From assembly GCA_964545345.1 (NCBI GenBank), contig CAZJFE010000001.1, positions 15,360 through 79,359 on the forward strand: a stretch of DNA of 64,000 nucleotides, given 5' to 3'. The notes beneath the pieces were generated by a model that worked only from the letters and a program-made list of their open reading frames with translations, was not told where the DNA came from and did not search any database. The translations under genes were made by a program, and so were the position numbers. Positions 59,041-64,000 of this stretch are shown here, in pieces (position 1 is the first letter of the stretch; the number at the start of each line of letters is the position of its first letter). This DNA is from an uncultured Candidatus Saccharibacteria bacterium (GTDB taxonomy: Bacteria; Patescibacteriota; Minisyncoccia; UBA6257; WO2-44-18).

Positions 59041-59919
59041 ATGAATAAGGCGGTAAAAATTGGCCACAAGGAGGTGGGGCCGGGCAAGCCGGTTTTTGTG
59101 ATTGCCGAGATTGGCATAAATCACAATGGTGAGCTGGAGACCGCCAAAAAATTGATCAGAACCGCCGCTGAGGCAGGTTGTGACGCGGTAAAATTTCAGA
59201 AGCGTACTCCGGAGATTTGCGTGCCGAAAGATCAGTGGGACAAAATGCGCGAGACCCCCTGGGGCTACATCAGCTACATTGATTACAAGAAGAAGATGGA
59301 ATTCGGACCGGCCGAATACAAAGAAATTGATCAGCTTTGCAAGGAGTTGGGAATTTTGTGGTTTGCCTCCTGCTGGGACGAAGAGAGTGTCGCTTTCATG
59401 GAGCAATTCAATCCGCCTTGCCACAAAGTTGCCTCGGCTTCCTTAACCGACCGCGGTTTGTTGGAATCTCTGAAGAAAACCGGCAAGCCAATTATTCTTT
59501 CCACCGGGATGAGCTCTGTGGCGCAAATTGATAAGGCGGTGGAAGTTTTGGGCAAAGACAATCTCGTTTTGATGCACACCGTCTCCACTTATCCGGCCGA
59601 GCATCATCATTTGAATTTGAATGCTGTTCAAACGCTGGCCGATCGGTATGAAGTCCCGGTTGGTTACAGCGGACATGAGAAGGGTGTCGTGCCGTCCGTT
59701 GTCGCTACCGCCTTGGGCGCTTGCGCCGTGGAGCGTCATATTACTTTGGACCGGACTATGTGGGGCACTGATCAGGCGGCTAGTTTGGAACCGAAAGGGC
59801 TGAAGATGTTGGTAAAAGAAATTAGAATCTTAGAGCAAGCTCTTGGTGACGGAGTTAAGCGGGTGCTTGCCGAAGAAGTTCCGATTGCCGAAAAACTTCG
59901 CCGGAAAAAGGACTTCTAA
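59041..59919 (+). CDS. neuB: Nonulosonic acid synthase (short form, no C-terminal SAF domain)
   Basis: IAEIGINHNG, AVKFQKR, STGMS, GYSGHE, ERHITLD...DQAASLEP. Confidence 0.93.
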   Translation: MNKAVKIGHKEVGPGKPVFVIAEIGINHNGELETAKKLIRTAAEAGCDAVKFQKRTPEICVPKDQWDKMRETPWGYISYIDYKKKMEFGPAEYKEIDQLCKELGILWFASCWDEESVAFMEQFNPPCHKVASASLTDRGLLESLKKTGKPIILSTGMSSVAQIDKAVEVLGKDNLVLMHTVSTYPAEHHHLNLNAVQTLADRYEVPVGYSGHEKGVVPSVVATALGACAVERHITLDRTMWGTDQAASLEPKGLKMLVKEIRILEQALGDGVKRVLAEEVPIAEKLRRKKDF

Positions 59920-61832
59920 GCTTTGTAGAAGAAACCGAATTTGTATTGGCCGGATTTAAATCCACACGCTCTAAGAAACTTGGCATTCATGTTGGCGATT
60001 TCCATCTTTTCTTTAAGAAACTTTTGATACTCGGCGGGCAGATTGCTTTTAAGTTTTCCGATGATTTTCAGATTCTTTTTAAATCCTACTCCGATTATTC
60101 CACCCTGCTTCGCGTATAAGGCAAAATGGGGCAAAAGGGCGGAGCTTACAAAAACCCGGACATCGCCAGCGACGGATTGAGCGAAAGACCAATCTGGGCT
60201 TATCTCGCTTTGGTTGTTGGTGAAAACTATTTCTTGGCCGGAGAATAAAGTTAGCTTTCCTTCGGCGGCAATCGGTTTTCCAAAGGTTTTTTCCGAGAAC
60301 TCATTTAGGACGTCATAGCCAAGATATAATCCAACGCGCACCATTTCCTGCAATTCCAATGATTTTTCTGGCCGCCAATTTTTGCGCAGGTTTTGTAGTC
60401 GAGCTAAGAAATCATCTGATTCCTTTTTTCGCCCGATAATTTTAGCAGTATTTTCTAGGGCGTAAGCGAAAGATCTCGTATAGCGGAGCGCGCATTGAAC
60501 ATCCAGAGGATTTTTCTTAAGGATCATTATTAAACGGATCATTCGTTCGGGTAGCCAGTCCACCACGTTCGCTAAGTTGCGAAGCGATCGCACCTTTTTA
60601 TTTGGGTGCTTTGGGAGCGCGGCGCGGCCGTGTAGCGGCTTGATTTTTAGGTCGTCCAGCCAGAGTATCTTCTGGAAGACTGCTTCGGGCATGATCATCA
60701 ACCCGCCCTTAGCCACCTTTTGGATATTCGGCCCATCGGGATTATGCCAGGCATAGGTTTGGTTTTTCTTTAAAACGACAATCGGGTCAATATCGCTCAC
60801 GCCCGGAGCGCTGACCGAGCCATATTCATAGGCGCCGAGGACGTCCGGATTTTTTGATAGACCTTTGACCATCTCCCGACGAGCGGAATCGTAAATTTTC
60901 AATGGGATTTTTTTCGGATGGTTTGCGAATTTGGTCCGTGATTTTTCCAGATCTTTTTTCCACTCGTCCAGCATTTTTAATGCCGCTTGGTAATAATTCT
61001 TTCCTAGGATCTTTTCGGCTTGAGGAAAGTTTCTACGGGCCAGTTCCAACTTTTTCAGAAACGGATGCTTGATCAAATCAAAAGAAAACTTTTTATACAC
61101 AAAAATCCCCTTGGCCTGTAGGTATACGCTAGGCATCAGAAGGAGCATCGCCACGAACCACTTCAGTTGATATTTGGGTGAACCGGGTTTGTTGGTAATT
61201 CTCCCGGTGGCGGCGATATCTTTGAATATCTGATAATAGTGTTCAAAGTTTTCCAGGTCTTCCCGGCGCGAGTCTCGGATGTGGAAGTTTATTTTATTTT
61301 TCCCGGATAAGACCTTCGCATATCGGAAGACTTCCACCGGCATAAAGCGTTGATGATAATAATTTAAATTGGCTTCATTGCAGAAAATAAAACCATGGTG
61401 TTCCAGGGGGTCGGCTTTTTTTAATAAACCACGAACAGCAGAGATCTTTTTTCGCAATGTCTCAAGTTTTTCCGGATTTCCGCAAACGCTACCCCGAATC
61501 AATACAAAAGTGTCTAAGTCACTGAATCCTTCGGCCCAATCCATCGTGGCGACACTGCCATGAACGATTAGCGAGGCCACCTCTTTTTTTAGATTTTTCT
61601 CAAAGTATTTCTTCAGTTCGGTCAGAATTGGGGCATATTTTGTTCCTCGATACTCTCTCAATTCCAATTTATTAATTTCTATTTTCTGTTCAACTGTCCA
61701 CGTCTTACTAAATGTTGGCCAGAGCTTCTTGTATCCTGTGGCGATCCGCCCCGCTTCTTTGGGGTTTGATGCTGGCGAATTTAAGAAATGATTAAGCGCG
61801 TAAAAAAGCTCATTTTGCTCCTTCTGGTGCAT
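59916..61832 (-). CDS. Protein with two Pol-beta-type nucleotidyltransferase domains
   Basis: HGSVAT..GFSDLDTFVLI and YGSVSAPGVSDIDPIVVL. Confidence 0.7.
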   Translation of the reverse strand: MHQKEQNELFYALNHFLNSPASNPKEAGRIATGYKKLWPTFSKTWTVEQKIEINKLELREYRGTKYAPILTELKKYFEKNLKKEVASLIVHGSVATMDWAEGFSDLDTFVLIRGSVCGNPEKLETLRKKISAVRGLLKKADPLEHHGFIFCNEANLNYYHQRFMPVEVFRYAKVLSGKNKINFHIRDSRREDLENFEHYYQIFKDIAATGRITNKPGSPKYQLKWFVAMLLLMPSVYLQAKGIFVYKKFSFDLIKHPFLKKLELARRNFPQAEKILGKNYYQAALKMLDEWKKDLEKSRTKFANHPKKIPLKIYDSARREMVKGLSKNPDVLGAYEYGSVSAPGVSDIDPIVVLKKNQTYAWHNPDGPNIQKVAKGGLMIMPEAVFQKILWLDDLKIKPLHGRAALPKHPNKKVRSLRNLANVVDWLPERMIRLIMILKKNPLDVQCALRYTRSFAYALENTAKIIGRKKESDDFLARLQNLRKNWRPEKSLELQEMVRVGLYLGYDVLNEFSEKTFGKPIAAEGKLTLFSGQEIVFTNNQSEISPDWSFAQSVAGDVRVFVSSALLPHFALYAKQGGIIGVGFKKNLKIIGKLKSNLPAEYQKFLKEKMEIANMNAKFLRACGFKSGQYKFGFFYKA

Positions 61833-61840
61833 TAACAGGA

Positions 61841-62560
61841 TTATGAACGGCCGGTTAGCGCCTTTGCAAGCGCCTTAAGATCCTTCGGCTCATCAAGATC
61901 CATTGATTTTACGGCGTCGGTGATTACTCCGCAGATCGGACCGGCGAAAATATTTCCGGTTTTTATATTTTTAACGCGAATGGCATCCACTAGTCCGTTC
62001 TGCCAATAGACTTGCGGCAGAATTTGCCGAGGCACATCCGTTCCGAGTTTTTTGTAATGCTTGGTGGGCATTAAGGGCTGCATCTTATTTTCTCCGTCAA
62101 AGAGCCACATCTTGTACGGGTTGTGTGGGAGAGGAGAGGAAACGGTTTTTACCAGCGAACATTTTTCTTTTAACGCTACGGAAATTACCTCATCAATATC
62201 CTTTGCGGTGCGAAGCGGGGAGGTTGGCCGCAGGTTTACTAGTATTTCTGGTTCCCAACCTCGATGTTTTTTCACCCACGCTAAGGCATGGCGCATAAAC
62301 TCAATATCTATGGATTTATCTCCGGAAATTTCCGCCGGACGTAGAAATGGCACGTCCGCTCCATGTTTTTTTGCCACCGCGGCGATTCTTGGGTCATCGG
62401 TGGAAACTATAAAAGCATCAAGCAGCTTTGATTTCTTGGCGGCGGCGATCGTGTAGTAGATCAAAGGCTTGCCCGCTACTAAAGCGATATTTTTATGCGG
62501 GATACTTTTAGATCCGCCGCGAGCGGGGATAATTCCTAAAACTTTGATCTTTTTTTTCAT
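61841..62560 (-). CDS. neuA: Acylneuraminate cytidylyltransferase (second copy)
   Basis: IIPARGGSKSIPHKN, LRPAEIS, RPTSPLR, DLDEPKD. Confidence 0.9.
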   Translation of the reverse strand: MKKKIKVLGIIPARGGSKSIPHKNIALVAGKPLIYYTIAAAKKSKLLDAFIVSTDDPRIAAVAKKHGADVPFLRPAEISGDKSIDIEFMRHALAWVKKHRGWEPEILVNLRPTSPLRTAKDIDEVISVALKEKCSLVKTVSSPLPHNPYKMWLFDGENKMQPLMPTKHYKKLGTDVPRQILPQVYWQNGLVDAIRVKNIKTGNIFAGPICGVITDAVKSMDLDEPKDLKALAKALTGRS

Positions 62561-62566
62561 TTGTTT

Positions 62567-62830
62567 TTAGTGCCAATCGTTATGAATGTAATATTGACCA
62601 TCCTCGCAGAGGTACATATTTTTCTTACTCCCTTCATCAATGCCGGAATATTTGCAGAGCTGGTTGCCGATTTTTATCTCAGGTAGCTTCTCCCCGAAGT
62701 ATGTAGCGTCCGCCTGAAGGTTGAGCCGCTGTTTTTCCTGATGATTGATGGCAGCCGCGTAAATCCACGAGGCAATCAGGATAAACATTGCCGTAGAAAG
62801 CGCCCAGATTTTTTTCTTGTCTCCGCTCAT
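62567..62830 (-). CDS. Small hypothetical protein with N-terminal TM segment
   Basis: Hydrophobic N-terminus, two Cys, 6-nt gap to neuA. Confidence 0.55.
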   Translation of the reverse strand: MSGDKKKIWALSTAMFILIASWIYAAAINHQEKQRLNLQADATYFGEKLPEIKIGNQLCKYSGIDEGSKKNMYLCEDGQYYIHNDWH

Positions 62831-62881
62831 CTCTTTTATTGATAATTAAGCATTTTTATGGCATTATGACAAGACATTTAG

Positions 62882-64000
62882 ATGTCTGAAACTATTTTCC
62901 TCTTTCTTAAAAACGCCCTCTTTATCGCCGATTTACTGAAAACTAACTACATCAAAGAACTCGCCAGTAAGTACCGCGTGGTAGTTTTCAGTAACGTGGA
63001 CGATCTGGAGATGGATCGGCGCCTCAAAGAACTCAATGTGGAGCGGGTATTTTGGAAGCTTCAAAATTCGCGGTTGTTTATGGTCACCAAATTCCTGCGT
63101 ACCGCCTGTATGCATGAGTTTGATAAGGTTTCCAGCTTACAGTTTTATTACGGCAGTCCGGCTTTCCAAAACGATAAGCGGGCTAAATTGCTCCGCCTGA
63201 TTTCTTGGCCGTTCGCTCCGATTTTGACCGTCAACTTTTTCACCTGGGTAGAGAAATTATTTTTACGGCGGTCAAAGTTGTTTGATGAGTATTGCGCGAA
63301 ATACAATCCGGCGCTGATCATGACCGCCACACCCGGCGTGCAGGTATACGACGCGGAGGCGATTCTCTATGGAAAGAAAAAAGGCATTCCGACACTCGCC
63401 ACCAACTTGAGTTGGGATAATTTAACCTCCTTCAAATGTGTTCGTTCTCGGAAGCCCGACTATCTTTTTGTCTGGAATCAGGTCTTAAAAGACGCGGCGG
63501 TAAAAATTCACCGTTTTGATCCGGAGAGGATTTTCATCACCGGCAGTATGCGGTTTGATCGCTATTTTGATGGCGTTCATCCGATTCCGGCGCGCGAAGA
63601 GTTTTTGAAATCCAAAAATTTGAATCCTGCCCACCCGACAATCTTGTTTGCTTCCGGAGGGCGCGCGCCGCATCAACCAAAAGTTTTGGCGAAGATTATC
63701 GCCGCTCGCGACGAGAAAAAGATTCCTTATGTTAATTTTTTGGTCCGGCCGCATCCGTTTGATGACCCCGAGTTTTATCGTCCGTTGGCGGGCGCGAAAG
63801 ATTTATGGATTGAGCGATTATCGCGACCGATTGAAAATCCATTCATAAATCTGAAGGCAAGCTTGGCCCACACCGAAATCAACATCAATCATAAGTCCAC
63901 AATTTCTTTGGAATCGTTTATTTTTGATAAACCGGTGATTAACTTTATGGATCCTGGGGCGACCTTCCAAAACAAGCATTATTTTGATGAGAGCTCTTAT
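62882..64000 (+). CDS. GT-B fold protein (SWDN paralog 3), truncated by the window end
   Basis: ATG 62882 begins MSETIFLFLKN. In-frame LSWDNLTS at ~63407. Not in the ORF track, presumably because it has no stop in the window. Confidence 0.75.
   Translation, partial: MSETIFLFLKNALFIADLLKTNYIKELASKYRVVVFSNVDDLEMDRRLKELNVERVFWKLQNSRLFMVTKFLRTACMHEFDKVSSLQFYYGSPAFQNDKRAKLLRLISWPFAPILTVNFFTWVEKLFLRRSKLFDEYCAKYNPALIMTATPGVQVYDAEAILYGKKKGIPTLATNLSWDNLTSFKCVRSRKPDYLFVWNQVLKDAAVKIHRFDPERIFITGSMRFDRYFDGVHPIPAREEFLKSKNLNPAHPTILFASGGRAPHQPKVLAKIIAARDEKKIPYVNFLVRPHPFDDPEFYRPLAGAKDLWIERLSRPIENPFINLKASLAHTEININHKSTISLESFIFDKPVINFMDPGATFQNKHYFDESSY

Noticed and set aside
1-64000. tRNA/rRNA genes, CRISPR, prophage, transposases, inteins; other CTGATGA matches
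   Set aside because: None recognised by eye. RecA, FtsK and ClpB are of normal length. Other CTGATGA hits I noticed lie in coding sequence without hammerhead stems.

Overview
A 64-kb bacterial chromosomal segment. Its gene content and style point to Patescibacteria/CPR, Parcubacteria-like (inference): a TrmB regulator, a YkuK-like RNase H, a giant peptidoglycan-binding S-layer-like protein and YfhO-type membrane proteins. The first 24 kb holds housekeeping genes (iscU-like, yraN, yvcK, PLD, recA, rodZ-like, ftsK, PMM, folD-like, cysteine desulfurase, clpB) and a 1266-aa surface protein. From 24.8 kb to the end lies a surface-glycan island with GT4/GT2 enzymes, Wzx, neuA x2/neuB/neuC, sqdB, rfbB/rfbD, wecE, many methyltransferases and GT-C-like proteins, with glyA-folD embedded. 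The most striking feature is absent from the ORF track: a ~1.35-kb highly structured transcript (consensus sigma70 promoter 2569-2597, terminator 3932-3962), divergent from the TrmB gene. It contains two tandem type III hammerhead ribozymes (3012-3062, 3319-3369) flanking a 40-codon ORF with a perfect Shine-Dalgarno. Double cleavage would release a 307-nt RNA whose ends rebuild a better-paired hammerhead when circularised. Other signals: six parS-like TGTTT-N6-AAACA palindromes in and around yraN; a GGCAA motif packed into a wHTH gene and flanking that palindrome cluster; a MITE-like ATCCCGTTAGAAA element in three copies; and heptamer-periodic tracts. No tRNA, rRNA, CRISPR or transposase was recognised.
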